DNA from: Nitrosopumilus sp.
GTDB lineage: Archaea; Thermoproteota; Nitrososphaeria; Nitrososphaerales; Nitrosopumilaceae
Length of the DNA stretch: 64,000 bases
Direction: 5' to 3'
Assembly (NCBI GenBank): GCA_965223425.1
Contig: OZ245003.1
Coordinates: forward strand, 1,952,001 to 2,016,000
Part shown: in pieces, positions 29,184 to 38,970 of the stretch
Layout of the letters: every line of letters starts with the position of its first letter
Numbering within the stretch: position 1 is the first letter of the stretch
The notes under the pieces: generated by a model
Told to the model about the DNA's origin: nothing
The model's input: the letters and a program-made list of their open reading frames with translations, nothing else
Database searches by the model: none
Translations under genes and position numbers: made by a program

Positions 29184-30161
29184 ATCAGGTCTTTTTTTAG
29201 AATAATATCTTTTTGCAAGCAATATAAAAATCGACAAAGCGCCCGTAACTAGGAACAGTGACTCTAGTGAGGACATCAATGAATGGGAAAATGCTTGCTC
29301 AATCGAAATGAGATTCAATTGTGAAATAAAATTTGCATATGAGAATACAAAATAGTTGGTGGCCCAGTGAATCAAAAGCGCGGCCACAAAGCCATATCTA
29401 AGATAGACCCACCCCAGAATAATTCCGCTTGCGGCAGCCTGTGCAAACTTGCCTTCACTCCAAGGTTCACCTAAAGCAATGTGGGCAAATCCAAAAATGA
29501 TTCCAACAAGGACAATCAGGAAAATTGCTTTTTTATAATCATGGATGTCTAAATTATATGGCCGCCACAAACATTTGATAAAATATTTTGCAGAAGATCT
29601 ACTAGAATACAGCGCAAATAAAGGGACTCCAATCAGAATCAAACGAAATCCAAATTCTTCTATCACAGGAGCAAGACTCACGTAAAAAAATTGGATGAGA
29701 TCATTTTCAACAAGAGGTGGATCAATCATAATTCCAAATCCTTCCTGAACATAATTGATCAATACAGAAACGAAGATCAAAATGGAAAACCATTTTGTTA
29801 CACCAATCATATAGTTTGATACAGTATCATATTTTCCAAAAGAAATTATTGGCAAGAGTGATTTTAGAAATCCATGTTTTGGACCCAGCATTGCAATTAC
29901 AAAGATTATTGCATAAAAAGTCCACAATACAACAAATACATCTCCAACACTTACATCAATTGTGGCCTGATAGAGTGCAGTGCCATCAAACAAAGCCAAA
30001 TGTGTAAACGGGTATTCATAATTGATGTCTCCGCCTATTTCACTCTCAAAAACAACAAAGAGCCCTATGGGAAAAGAGACAAGAAACAATCCAAAGATCA
30101 CAGATATTAGCGCAGTGAAAGGAATTCCAAGAGCTTGAAGTATTTTGTTTGAGCTTTGCAA
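29172..30161 (-). CDS. CPBP/CAAX-family intramembrane metalloprotease
   Basis: AP..EE..FR, FG.AH, HW..N motifs; polytopic. Confidence 0.88.
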   Translation of the reverse strand: MQSSNKILQALGIPFTALISVIFGLFLVSFPIGLFVVFESEIGGDINYEYPFTHLALFDGTALYQATIDVSVGDVFVVLWTFYAIIFVIAMLGPKHGFLKSLLPIISFGKYDTVSNYMIGVTKWFSILIFVSVLINYVQEGFGIMIDPPLVENDLIQFFYVSLAPVIEEFGFRLILIGVPLFALYSSRSSAKYFIKCLWRPYNLDIHDYKKAIFLIVLVGIIFGFAHIALGEPWSEGKFAQAAASGIILGWVYLRYGFVAALLIHWATNYFVFSYANFISQLNLISIEQAFSHSLMSSLESLFLVTGALSIFILLAKRYYSKKRPDLEV

Positions 30162-30167
30162 TTTGTT

Positions 30168-30476
30168 CTAATGTAGTTCTATACTCTCTTCAGGGAATCC
30201 CAAACCAATCAAAGTGTCTTTGATAGTGTCTCTATGATCACCTTGTAAAAAGATGTAGCCTTCTTTTGCAGTACCACCACAGGCATATTTATTTTTGAGT
30301 TCTTTGGCAACAGTTTCTAAATTATTTAGTTTAGGATCTAGTCCTTCAATCATTGTACCTTTTTTCTTAAATCGTCTTGTTTCCAATCGAATTATAATTT
30401 TAGTACTATCTTTGGCAAGTTCACCACATGCGCACAAGTCTTCTGGAAGACCACAAGTATTACAAATTACTGCCAT
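30168..30476 (-). CDS. yciH: Translation initiation factor SUI1/aIF1
   Basis: CGLPEDLC.C N-terminus, LK.K.ACGGT, LQGDHR. Confidence 0.93.
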   Translation of the reverse strand: MAVICNTCGLPEDLCACGELAKDSTKIIIRLETRRFKKKGTMIEGLDPKLNNLETVAKELKNKYACGGTAKEGYIFLQGDHRDTIKDTLIGLGFPEESIELH

Positions 30477-30573
30477 TCGTTCGAAATGATTTCAGTTATA
30501 CGCACTATTAAGCCTTGTTTGGTGAACTCAGAATTAAAATAATTGTACTTTTTAGATAGGAAATCAAATGAGA

Positions 30574-30909
30574 ATGGTGTCAAAAGATCTTACAAAAAAA
30601 GCTGCCGAAATACTGCTAAAAGGAGGAACGCTGCTTGGTGAAAAATGCCCATATTGCTCGGGAGTGAGGGTGATAAAAGACGGACATGCTTTATGCACAA
30701 GTTGTGGGCGTAAACCCGAAAAAAAAGAAATTCCAAAAGAGGCAGTACAACAAAGTACAAAATCATCATTAGAAGAAGCTTTAGAAAAAAAGATGGAGCA
30801 TCTATCAAAAGAGCTGGAACAGGAAAAGAACCATGAAAAGCAACAGGAGATTTTAAAATCGATCAACTCTTTATTGGAAACTTTGGAAAAAACCAAGAAC
30901 AGGCAATAA
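30574..30909 (+). CDS. UPF0148/Sjogren autoantigen p27-family zinc-ribbon protein
   Basis: AE.LLKGGTLL...CP.C.....C..CG motif followed by a coiled coil. Confidence 0.8.
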   Translation: MVSKDLTKKAAEILLKGGTLLGEKCPYCSGVRVIKDGHALCTSCGRKPEKKEIPKEAVQQSTKSSLEEALEKKMEHLSKELEQEKNHEKQQEILKSINSLLETLEKTKNRQ

Positions 30910-31074
30910 AGTTGATTGTTAAGTGGGGAACCGGCCTTAAAAATCACCCCAGCCTCGATATGTCAGGCCCTAAGATTCTTTTGCAGGAATAACTGAACTG
31001 CCTTTGATTCCTACACCTAACCTGGATTATCACATGGATGAAACTTTTTTCAAGAATTCCTAGCTAAAGTATTA

Positions 31075-31151
31075 TTTTTTTTTTTCAATCAAGTCAGGAC
31101 AGTTAATTTCATCAAATATTGCAATCACGTTGTCGCACCCAATACCCTCAA
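31075..31151 (-). pseudogene. Possible PIN-toxin N-terminal remnant
   Basis: LRVLGATT then, after a frameshift, VIAIFDEINCPDLIEK, resembling a PIN start (VLD....IA); runs into a poly-A tract. Confidence 0.3.
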
Positions 31152-31152
31152 T

Positions 31153-31740
31153 TTATCCTAGAACAGCTATTCCTTTTTCTTTCATTTTATCAATAATATG
31201 ATCTTGGGGCTTGTTCAACAACTCAGCTGCCCGTTGAGCACTAATTTTCTGTTTTTTTATCAAGGACAGAATATAATCTTCCATGTATGGTTTTAGATTT
31301 TCGTATTCTATAGATTCTTCAGTCATATCCGGATAGGCCAAATAAACATATGCCAACAATTCTTTACTGGTAAGATCATTTAGGAACTCCTTGTATTCAT
31401 CTAATGCTCTTAGGATGCTTTTATTCTCATTTTTCACAATTTCTTTTGCAATTTCTTTTCCTTCTCTGGTGACTGCGATTTCTTCAGGACTAATTGACAG
31501 CACTCCTATTTTTTCCAAATATTGTGACTCTTGATCAATGACTTTACTGTATGGCCCATAATTATCAGCATCATAACTGCCCTGCTCTTTAATTTCATCA
31601 ATTTTGTCAGATAGTAAAAACATCATTTTTTGAAGTTTAGTTTGTCCTTTGATTGGTTCATCACTAGCATACGCTAGCAAAATAATGTATTTCTGTAACT
31701 TGTCATTGTTTTCCAATACTTTTTCTTTGACTCCTGCCAT
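31153..31740 (-). CDS. YwgA/SocA-like winged-helix protein with C-terminal HTH (putative antitoxin)
   Basis: G.TKLQK..FLL, Y....YGPYS motifs; KISAQRAAELL UPF0175-like tail. Confidence 0.7.
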   Translation of the reverse strand: MAGVKEKVLENNDKLQKYIILLAYASDEPIKGQTKLQKMMFLLSDKIDEIKEQGSYDADNYGPYSKVIDQESQYLEKIGVLSISPEEIAVTREGKEIAKEIVKNENKSILRALDEYKEFLNDLTSKELLAYVYLAYPDMTEESIEYENLKPYMEDYILSLIKKQKISAQRAAELLNKPQDHIIDKMKEKGIAVLG

Positions 31741-32127
31741 TCTCCTAACAAAATAACTACTCGTCGGGCATATACATGCTCTTCAATATTTTATCTCATT
31801 TTCTGAATCTCTTTCCATTTGGCCATGCACAGGATACAAGGGGTTTTCAAGGCAGATTTGGCTCTAATTTGATAATTTTTGAGGGAGAGGTTATTTCTTG
31901 ATTGACAGTTGGGTTGCCTGATGACATAGGAAAAAAATTAGCTGTTATTGGAATCCTTTTTCTGCCTGCTTTAATTGCGTGGTCATCCAGCATTGAATTA
32001 CTGCCATGGCCAAAATGACTGTTTTTTACGCTTGAATTCAAATTTTGCTACAGGAGGTTCTGTGAAGTTATCGGGAGTTACATGTCAATTCCCAAAATGT
32101 ACAAGCCTCCAAACCGCAAGATATTCG

Positions 32128-33324
32128 CTGAAAGCGATAAAGCCAATATCACAGAAATATGCGCCGAACTCTGACCTAATGGATATGGCGGCTACATTCA
32201 CAAAGATGGCCAATCATTGCATCAAGATAGGGTTGAAAGAAGACACTCACGATATGAAGAGGCTGTCCATGTTATGTTGTCATGAATTGCGTAACTATGG
32301 CATTTTATCAACATACAAACTAAATGCAATATCAAGAGCTGCAGGCATATTATCAAACAGAAAACAATCAGTCAAACGAGGTGTCAGAATAAGAGGCCCA
32401 ATAGTCAAAAATCCCTTTATGACAAACTGTTACGGCATAAAACACAACGGTGCACTACTAACAATCCCATACAAGAAACATAACCCAATCAACATTTTAC
32501 TCAACGATCACACCCAAAAAATCCTGTCTGATCCCGCCCTGACGGTGCGCTCGTTTTCACTGACTGCCCTCAACATCAGTCTTTGTGTTTCAAAAAAAGT
32601 ACAAGAGATAGAGTGCACCAAGAAAGTTGGAATAGACAGAAACCTAAGAAATGTGACGTGTGGGAGCGAGGAAGGGGTGACAGTCTGCAAGACAAACAAA
32701 CTGTTATCCATAAAGGAGAACACAGTACACGCCAGGGCAGGCTTCCACAGAAATGACCGCAGGAAGAAAAATCAGTTCTGGAAGATAAAACAGCGAAGAC
32801 TGACCAATAGAACAAAACAATACATCCACAGAATATCAAAGGATATTGTGGATAATGCCGTCAAAGAAAAGGCTGCAACCGTTCTAGAAAACCTGAAAGG
32901 AATTAGAAAACTCTACAAAAAAGGAAATGGTCAGGGCAACAAGTACAGGCGCAGATTGAACGGGTGGCAATTCTACGAGCTGCAACGCCAAATAGAATAC
33001 AAAGCCCGATGGGTCGGGCTCCCGCCAGTCGAGACAGTAGACCCAAGAAACACGAGCACGCAGCGTCCGCAATGCGGAAAGAGACTCCAAGAGGACATGC
33101 AACAGCATCGTAAACTGTCGTGTAATAATTGCGGTTTGTTTATGGACAGGGATATTGTCGCTGCCATGAACAACATATCACGCAAGCTGCCCCCCAGGTT
33201 TAGGGGCAGTAGAGATGACATATGTGAAGCGCAGTCCGGCACTTTTGAGCCGGCGATGACGGAATCCGGCACACCATTGGCAATCCGAATAGCCGATATG
33301 TCAAAGTCGAGTTATGGGGGTTAA
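32128..33324 (+). CDS. tnpB: RNA-guided endonuclease TnpB
   Basis: RuvC D (GIDRN), E (LENL), D (DRD.VAA.N); YKA..G, P..TS. Zn ribbon RPQC/CNNC has lost its first Cys. Start uncertain (CTG 32128 or ATG 32179). Confidence 0.9.
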   Translation: MKAIKPISQKYAPNSDLMDMAATFTKMANHCIKIGLKEDTHDMKRLSMLCCHELRNYGILSTYKLNAISRAAGILSNRKQSVKRGVRIRGPIVKNPFMTNCYGIKHNGALLTIPYKKHNPINILLNDHTQKILSDPALTVRSFSLTALNISLCVSKKVQEIECTKKVGIDRNLRNVTCGSEEGVTVCKTNKLLSIKENTVHARAGFHRNDRRKKNQFWKIKQRRLTNRTKQYIHRISKDIVDNAVKEKAATVLENLKGIRKLYKKGNGQGNKYRRRLNGWQFYELQRQIEYKARWVGLPPVETVDPRNTSTQRPQCGKRLQEDMQQHRKLSCNNCGLFMDRDIVAAMNNISRKLPPRFRGSRDDICEAQSGTFEPAMTESGTPLAIRIADMSKSSYGG

Positions 33325-33346
33325 CTCCCGATAACTTCACAGAACC
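33185..33346 (+). ncRNA. Putative omegaRNA/reRNA scaffold overlapping the tnpB 3' end
   Basis: Stems CTGCCCC/GGGGCAG (33187/33203), TGACATAT/ATATGTCA (33216/33296) and CCGGC/GCCGG (33236/33249), at the position expected for TnpB guide scaffolds. Confidence 0.5.
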
Positions 33347-33390
33347 CTACAGGAATAAGGTTTTTATGTTAAAATCCGTGTTTCCGAATT

Positions 33391-33558
33391 ATGAGCAGTA
33401 GTAAAAAGTCAGCACCGCTTCCGGCATCAAGTGGGGGTCTCATGAGATTCTTTGAAGATGAGACCAAAGGGTTCAAGTTAGATCCAAAAATCGTAGTATC
33501 AATTCCTATAAGCTTAATTGTAGTCTCATGGGCAATCGACATATTTCTAGTTCCGTGA
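33391..33558 (+). CDS. secG: Preprotein translocase subunit SecG/Sec61beta
   Basis: MSSSKKSAPLPASSGGLMRFFEDETKGFKLDP plus one TM helix (55 aa, below the ORF-track cutoff). Confidence 0.92.
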   Translation: MSSSKKSAPLPASSGGLMRFFEDETKGFKLDPKIVVSIPISLIVVSWAIDIFLVP

Positions 33559-33565
33559 AAAAACT

Positions 33566-35314
33566 ATGGAAAAATATTCAGATGATGTTTCAAACATACA
33601 CAGTAGGTTCTCCCTTACCCTAATCAATCCTTCTTCACACTATTTTTCATTAGCAGGCTCGTTAATTACGGCGGCAGTAATCTCATTTACAATATATCTT
33701 GGATATTTGAAAGACTTTGGAATTGATGAGGCATGGTATAGAATTCCAGCAGTGATTGGAGTGCTGCTGCTAACCCAATTACTAGATACAAGATTTACAA
33801 AGAAAAAAGAATACTCAAAATCATTACATTCATCTCTTTTTGCAAACATGTTATGGGCAGTTACGCTGTTGATGGGGTTGCTAGCAAGTTTTGTTTTGGC
33901 AAAAGAGACATCATTGTTCTTTGTGACTTTTGGCATGTTTCTATTTGCAAGTTTCAGAATAGGAATTTACACGACAACCCTAGGAATCAGCATCAGAAAA
34001 GCATGGGCAATATGTTTTGTACAGCCATTGGCAATGTTTTTCACACTGATTCCACAAGATATGTGGTTTTCAATTTTAGGTGATCCTGTAGCATTAGGAT
34101 ATGGCGCATCATTTTTGATAGTTGCAAGCGTATGGTCAGTGCTTACTGATAGAGCGGGAAGGCCCGGCATGGACAGCACTCACAAAACCATTCAAGCATA
34201 TCTTGCATCACAGGGAAATGATCATACGGATGCTGAAGAGATTATGGAGCAGCGCTCAAGTGAGGCCAAAGTTTCTACTGCTCAAATAAGACTATCATCA
34301 CCAAATGGCAAAACAGAATTTCGAATGGTATTGCCAGAAATACATCCGGGCCCATATCACCCCGTAGGTGGAAGCAATATACCATACCTAATTTACAAGA
34401 ATCTGGGCTCGTCTGCGATGGTCATGCATAGCATATCAGATCATGCCCTGAACTTACCGTCAAAAAATGAGGTGGAAAGCTATCTAAAAAATTTAGAAAA
34501 CAGCCAAGTCAAAGAAGAGGGATTACAATGCACAGAGCCAGTAACAGTTCAAATAAACAAGACACGGGTCATTGGACTGCTGTTTGGAAACAACCCGCTA
34601 TTATTTTTGTCACTGTCCCCACATGGAATGGAAGATATTCCAAGTTATATGAAAACAGAAATTGAAACATATGCAAAGAATCGAAACTATGCTAGAACCC
34701 TGATAGTAGACTGTCACAATGCCATGGGAGAGGAAATTTCAAAAGAGGACGGAGAAGACATGCTAAAGGCTGCAAAATCTTGTTTAGACACTCTAATCAC
34801 AAAAGAGAGCTATCCAATTGAATTTGGCTACGCAAATTCAGACAATATGGACGTGTGGACAGAGGACTTGGGGATGGGGGGACTAGGAGTTGTTTGTCTG
34901 AAAATCAACGATAAGAAGTATTTTCTTGGATGGGCAGACGCAAACAACATGGAAAATGGCGTGAGAGAGAAAATTATCGATAATTTTGCAAAAAGGGATT
35001 ATCAGTTACTTGAAATTTGTACATCAGACACGCATTATGCTCCAGTCAAGGCCAGAAACAGAAATGGATACTATCAGTTAGGATTGATTACCGGGGCAGA
35101 CAAGCTTTCAAAATGGCTGCTAGAGATTGCAAAAAACGCAGAGACGAAAACCACATCTGCAAAATTTGAGATTTTGGAGAATGAGACCAAAGTGAAGGTC
35201 ATGGGACAGGGAATCTATGAGGATTACTCCAAAGCACTTGACAATTCCCTAAAGATCACCAAGTGGTTCCTAATTGGCGGAGTTTTGCTGTTTGTGACTA
35301 GTTTGTTTTTATAG
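33566..35314 (+). CDS. DUF2070-family membrane protein
   Basis: N-terminal TM bundle; HPGP..P.GGSN, DCHN, D.NNM and TSDTH motifs. Confidence 0.85.
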   Translation: MEKYSDDVSNIHSRFSLTLINPSSHYFSLAGSLITAAVISFTIYLGYLKDFGIDEAWYRIPAVIGVLLLTQLLDTRFTKKKEYSKSLHSSLFANMLWAVTLLMGLLASFVLAKETSLFFVTFGMFLFASFRIGIYTTTLGISIRKAWAICFVQPLAMFFTLIPQDMWFSILGDPVALGYGASFLIVASVWSVLTDRAGRPGMDSTHKTIQAYLASQGNDHTDAEEIMEQRSSEAKVSTAQIRLSSPNGKTEFRMVLPEIHPGPYHPVGGSNIPYLIYKNLGSSAMVMHSISDHALNLPSKNEVESYLKNLENSQVKEEGLQCTEPVTVQINKTRVIGLLFGNNPLLFLSLSPHGMEDIPSYMKTEIETYAKNRNYARTLIVDCHNAMGEEISKEDGEDMLKAAKSCLDTLITKESYPIEFGYANSDNMDVWTEDLGMGGLGVVCLKINDKKYFLGWADANNMENGVREKIIDNFAKRDYQLLEICTSDTHYAPVKARNRNGYYQLGLITGADKLSKWLLEIAKNAETKTTSAKFEILENETKVKVMGQGIYEDYSKALDNSLKITKWFLIGGVLLFVTSLFL

Positions 35315-35951
35315 TTTTCATCTGATTAATATTTCCATAAAACTCATCTATGAATGAAGAAAATTGAAAAATTGGCACTATGGGAACGTTTTCTATGAAA
35401 TTAACTTTATCCTGATATAATGTTACAATAACTGGAACGGCAGTTGCTCCTTGGGTTTTAGCAACATAGCGCTTTGTTCTTTCAATCTGCTTTTTGACAG
35501 CAGTTCTTAGGGATGAGGTGTTGTATCTCTTCCAATGTTTACAATCAATTAAAATCGCAATGCCCAACCTAATTCCAATGACATCAATTTCCATTCTAGG
35601 TTTAGTTAGAATCATATTTTTAATTACTGCAAAATCTTTTGAAGCCAGAATTGCAGCAGTTAATCCTTCAAAATCTTTCCAGTCCAATCCGACGGAGATT
35701 TCGTCAATAGGAAATCCCCTCTCAAGTAATGCAATAGCTATTTTTAGTTTGTCGCCATTTTCAAAATAATAGGAATTGTCCTGTTTTGTTCCAATGTCGT
35801 TTTTTAGGAATTCATCTAGAATGGTTTTCGAGTCTGTAGGATTTAGTTTTGTAACGGCAACAAAATCCTCAACTGAAATTCCACCAGAGATAATTCCTTT
35901 TAATCCAGCAATCATTTTAGGGTGAATTTTCAACTGAATAATTTGACTCAT
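35298..35951 (-). CDS. Mrr-like PD-(D/E)XK restriction-endonuclease-fold protein
   Basis: W.DFE, EIDV, IDCKHW motifs; start at ATG 35951. Confidence 0.8.
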   Translation of the reverse strand: MSQIIQLKIHPKMIAGLKGIISGGISVEDFVAVTKLNPTDSKTILDEFLKNDIGTKQDNSYYFENGDKLKIAIALLERGFPIDEISVGLDWKDFEGLTAAILASKDFAVIKNMILTKPRMEIDVIGIRLGIAILIDCKHWKRYNTSSLRTAVKKQIERTKRYVAKTQGATAVPVIVTLYQDKVNFIENVPIVPIFQFSSFIDEFYGNINQMKTIKTN

Positions 35952-35994
35952 GAAGTGAATATAGGTTTTATTACAGGCACTTGAAATTACAATT

Positions 35995-38451
35995 ATGAAA
36001 AAATTGCTAGTTATCATACTAGCTCTTTCAATTGCAACCATAATGTATAATGAAGCATTTGCAGAAAAAAATACATTCTTTGACTCAGTCAAATTCATAC
36101 AGTATTTAGACGAAAATACAGCACTAGAAGAAGTGCGTAATGGAAACCTGGACGTGTATTACTATGGAATCTCATCAGACAGGTTGGAGAATCACCAGGC
36201 AGGGGACGGTTTACAAATTTTTGATTCCACGGGAGGATCATACAGCATCCTTGTTAATCCTGCTGAATCTGAAAAATTCAATCCGTTTTCAATCAAGGAT
36301 GTCAGGTTTGCGTTAAACTATCTGGTAGATAGAAAATTAATTGTAAATGAGCTGATGGGCGGGTACGGGGCCCCAATCATTTCCTACTATAGCACGTCAG
36401 ACCCGGAATATCTTACAGTTATTGAACAGTTGGAGACATTTAATTTCAAATACAATCCTGCTCTTGCACAAGAGATTATTGATAAAGCACTCAAAGAAAA
36501 AGGGGCAGTAAAAGTCAATGACAAATGGCACATGGGTGAAAGCCCAATCGGGATTACAATTTTCATCCGAAGCGACGATCCGGTTAGAAAATCAATAGGG
36601 GAAATCCTAGTAGTTGATCTAGAAAAAATCGGGTTTGCCGTAGCAAAGGATTTCGGGGATCTGAACAAAGCATTTGTGGTGGTATACGGCTCAGACCCAT
36701 CTGATTTGAAGTGGAGTTTATACACTGAAGGATGGGGGCGTTCTGCGTTTGTAAGATATGATGCGGCAGGGTTAGGACAGATGTATTCTCCTTGGTTTTC
36801 AAACATGCCAGGATTCAACGACCCAACATATTGGAATTACAAAAATGAGATGTTAGACGAACTTACTCAGAAGATATACACGGGCGATTTTGAATCATCA
36901 GATAAGAGATCAAAATTAATTCAAGACGCAGTTGTTGAAGGGGTAAACGAGTCTGTCAGAATTTTTTTAGCAAGTAAAATTGATCAATATGTTGCAAATG
37001 AAAAGATTAGCGGCATAGTTAATGACTTTGGTGCCGGAGTTCCAAGCAGATTCACGCCCATTAATGCAAAAAGTGACAGTAACGAGTTTGTAGTCGGGGT
37101 CAAACAAATCTATCAAGGAGCGTGGAATCCAGTAATGGGGCTGACTGACAGTTATAGCAGGCATATCTGGGGAGTGGTGTCAGATCCTGGAACGTTTAAG
37201 CATCCCTTTACAGGGGAAACATTTCCAGTTAGGGCAAAATGGCAGGTTGAAACTGCAGGACCAAATGACAAGCTAGCAGTCCCCCAGGATGTGCGAATTT
37301 GGAAACCATCAATGCAAAAATGGGGCAATGTTGATGCTGACACGTTTGCAACAAGCAAAGTAACGTTTGATTTTGAATTTAGCAATTGGCACAACGGGGA
37401 AAAAATGGACATGAATGATATCCTACATTCATTATACTTTACAATAGAATGGGGAACACAGACTGATAAGAATGACAAAACTTTCGATACAGAGTTTACG
37501 CCAAGGGCTGCTCAAAGCATTCAAACAATTATCGGTGTAAAGCCAATAGATGAGAATACGATCGAAGTCTATGTGGATTATTGGCATTTTGATGAAGGGG
37601 AAATTGCAGACTGGGCAGCAATATGGAATACAATGCCATGGGAAGTCACATCTGCAATGGAAAGAGCAGTCATGGATGGAAAAGTATCATTTTCCAGATC
37701 CGGTGCTACAAGCAAAAATGTAAACTGGCTGTCGTTGATTATTCCAAACGATGCAAACCTTGTCAAAGACTATCTGCAAGAATTCAAAGACTCCAGCTAC
37801 ATTCCCACATCATTAAAAGAAAACAATGAAAACGAGTATTTCCAAAGCAGGTATGATTCTTCAATAAAATGGATTGAAGACAACAATCATGCGGTAATTA
37901 GCAACGGCCCATTTTATCTGGAATCATATGCGCCAGAATCGCGTACAATAACAGTTAGCGCATTTAATGACGGGTCATACCCATTTAAAATCGGAAGATG
38001 GTCTGAATTTGAAAAAGCAGAACTGCCAGTAATCAAAAACGTGGAAATTAAAAAAACCATTCAAAGAGGAGGGGAATTAGAAATAAAAATAGAGGCAGAT
38101 AACTCAGATTCCATACATTATTTTTTGACAGACAGCGAGGGCAAGATGATACTATCTAACAATATCCAAATGGAAGAAAACGAGATTACGATCAACATAC
38201 CATCAGAAAACACAGAAGCGTTGGGAATAGGGGCAAACAATATCAAAATATTTGCAACTTCAAACTCAGTATTAAAGCCGGATTTTTATGAATCAAGTTT
38301 TATTGCAACAGATGGCAAAACAGAATTGCCAACTAGTTTGCACAAAGACATAGAGTTTACAGAAAATGAATCAGAATACGGGGTTTGGCTGATAATACCA
38401 GTACTGATTATTATTGGAATTGTGATTTACTTGAAGAAAAGACGCCTATAG
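35995..38451 (+). CDS. ABC transporter substrate-binding protein (family 5, peptide/nickel)
   Basis: Signal peptide, NPF...VRFALNYLVDR, WH.G, SNGPF.L; C-terminal TM anchor. Confidence 0.85.
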   Translation: MKKLLVIILALSIATIMYNEAFAEKNTFFDSVKFIQYLDENTALEEVRNGNLDVYYYGISSDRLENHQAGDGLQIFDSTGGSYSILVNPAESEKFNPFSIKDVRFALNYLVDRKLIVNELMGGYGAPIISYYSTSDPEYLTVIEQLETFNFKYNPALAQEIIDKALKEKGAVKVNDKWHMGESPIGITIFIRSDDPVRKSIGEILVVDLEKIGFAVAKDFGDLNKAFVVVYGSDPSDLKWSLYTEGWGRSAFVRYDAAGLGQMYSPWFSNMPGFNDPTYWNYKNEMLDELTQKIYTGDFESSDKRSKLIQDAVVEGVNESVRIFLASKIDQYVANEKISGIVNDFGAGVPSRFTPINAKSDSNEFVVGVKQIYQGAWNPVMGLTDSYSRHIWGVVSDPGTFKHPFTGETFPVRAKWQVETAGPNDKLAVPQDVRIWKPSMQKWGNVDADTFATSKVTFDFEFSNWHNGEKMDMNDILHSLYFTIEWGTQTDKNDKTFDTEFTPRAAQSIQTIIGVKPIDENTIEVYVDYWHFDEGEIADWAAIWNTMPWEVTSAMERAVMDGKVSFSRSGATSKNVNWLSLIIPNDANLVKDYLQEFKDSSYIPTSLKENNENEYFQSRYDSSIKWIEDNNHAVISNGPFYLESYAPESRTITVSAFNDGSYPFKIGRWSEFEKAELPVIKNVEIKKTIQRGGELEIKIEADNSDSIHYFLTDSEGKMILSNNIQMEENEITINIPSENTEALGIGANNIKIFATSNSVLKPDFYESSFIATDGKTELPTSLHKDIEFTENESEYGVWLIIPVLIIIGIVIYLKKRRL

Positions 38452-38937
38452 CAATCCAAAATCTTTTAAAATCAATTCTATTTGATCTTCATTTTTGAGT
38501 TTAGTGTATTCATCTAAGAGGTTTTGATTTAATTCATAAAAAGTGTGTCCCCACTTGAATTTATCAAGCAATTCTAAAGCTTGTTCTTTGAAACCTAGAA
38601 CAAATAGCGACGCAGACAATGCCTCTACGGTGGTCAGTTTGTTTAACTTTGAATAATTTACAGGATTTCCTGCAAGTAGGGGCGGAAGCCTTCGTTTTAT
38701 TCCATTGAATTTTTTTGAAAATGCCTTGTCAGCAAGATTCCAAGAACAGTCAACTCCAACTATGGAATTGATCAGGGATTTGTCTTTGGGCAGCAAAGTT
38801 TTTTCAGAAAAAGGATCTAAAACTAGCCCGCTGTTGCTGATTTTTTTAATGTCTTGTGCAAGACCGAACTTTATCATCTTGGCAGCTGTGCATTTTTTAG
38901 GATCATCTTGATAAAACATCAATACTTGTAATTTCAT
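38446..38937 (-). CDS. tsr3: rRNA aminocarboxypropyltransferase Tsr3 (DUF367)
   Basis: DPKKCTA, DCSW, RLP.LLAGNPVNY, F.WGHTF.ELN. Confidence 0.93.
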   Translation of the reverse strand: MKLQVLMFYQDDPKKCTAAKMIKFGLAQDIKKISNSGLVLDPFSEKTLLPKDKSLINSIVGVDCSWNLADKAFSKKFNGIKRRLPPLLAGNPVNYSKLNKLTTVEALSASLFVLGFKEQALELLDKFKWGHTFYELNQNLLDEYTKLKNEDQIELILKDFGLL

Positions 38938-38970
38938 TGCATTTAATTACAACTGAGTGGTATTTTGAAC

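Larger units (their letters stand above)
32056..33346 (+). mobile_element. Non-autonomous tnpB-only element with IS6-like terminal inverted repeats
   Basis: Perfect 25-bp TIR GGTTCTGTGAAGTTATCGGGAGTTA (32056-32080 / 33322-33346); 8-bp direct repeat CTACAGGA at 32048-32055 and 33347-33354. Confidence 0.92.

Noticed and set aside
31847-32041. 64-aa minus-strand ORF beside the tnpB element
   Set aside because: No motif; the region looks like degraded or intergenic sequence.
31975-32127. N-terminal extension of the 449-aa TnpB ORF
   Set aside because: It starts outside the element and reads through the TSD and TIR; a fortuitous open frame.
35298-35951. Mrr-like nuclease as part of a defence island
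   Set aside because: Sits among core genes with host-like composition; more likely a conserved backbone gene.
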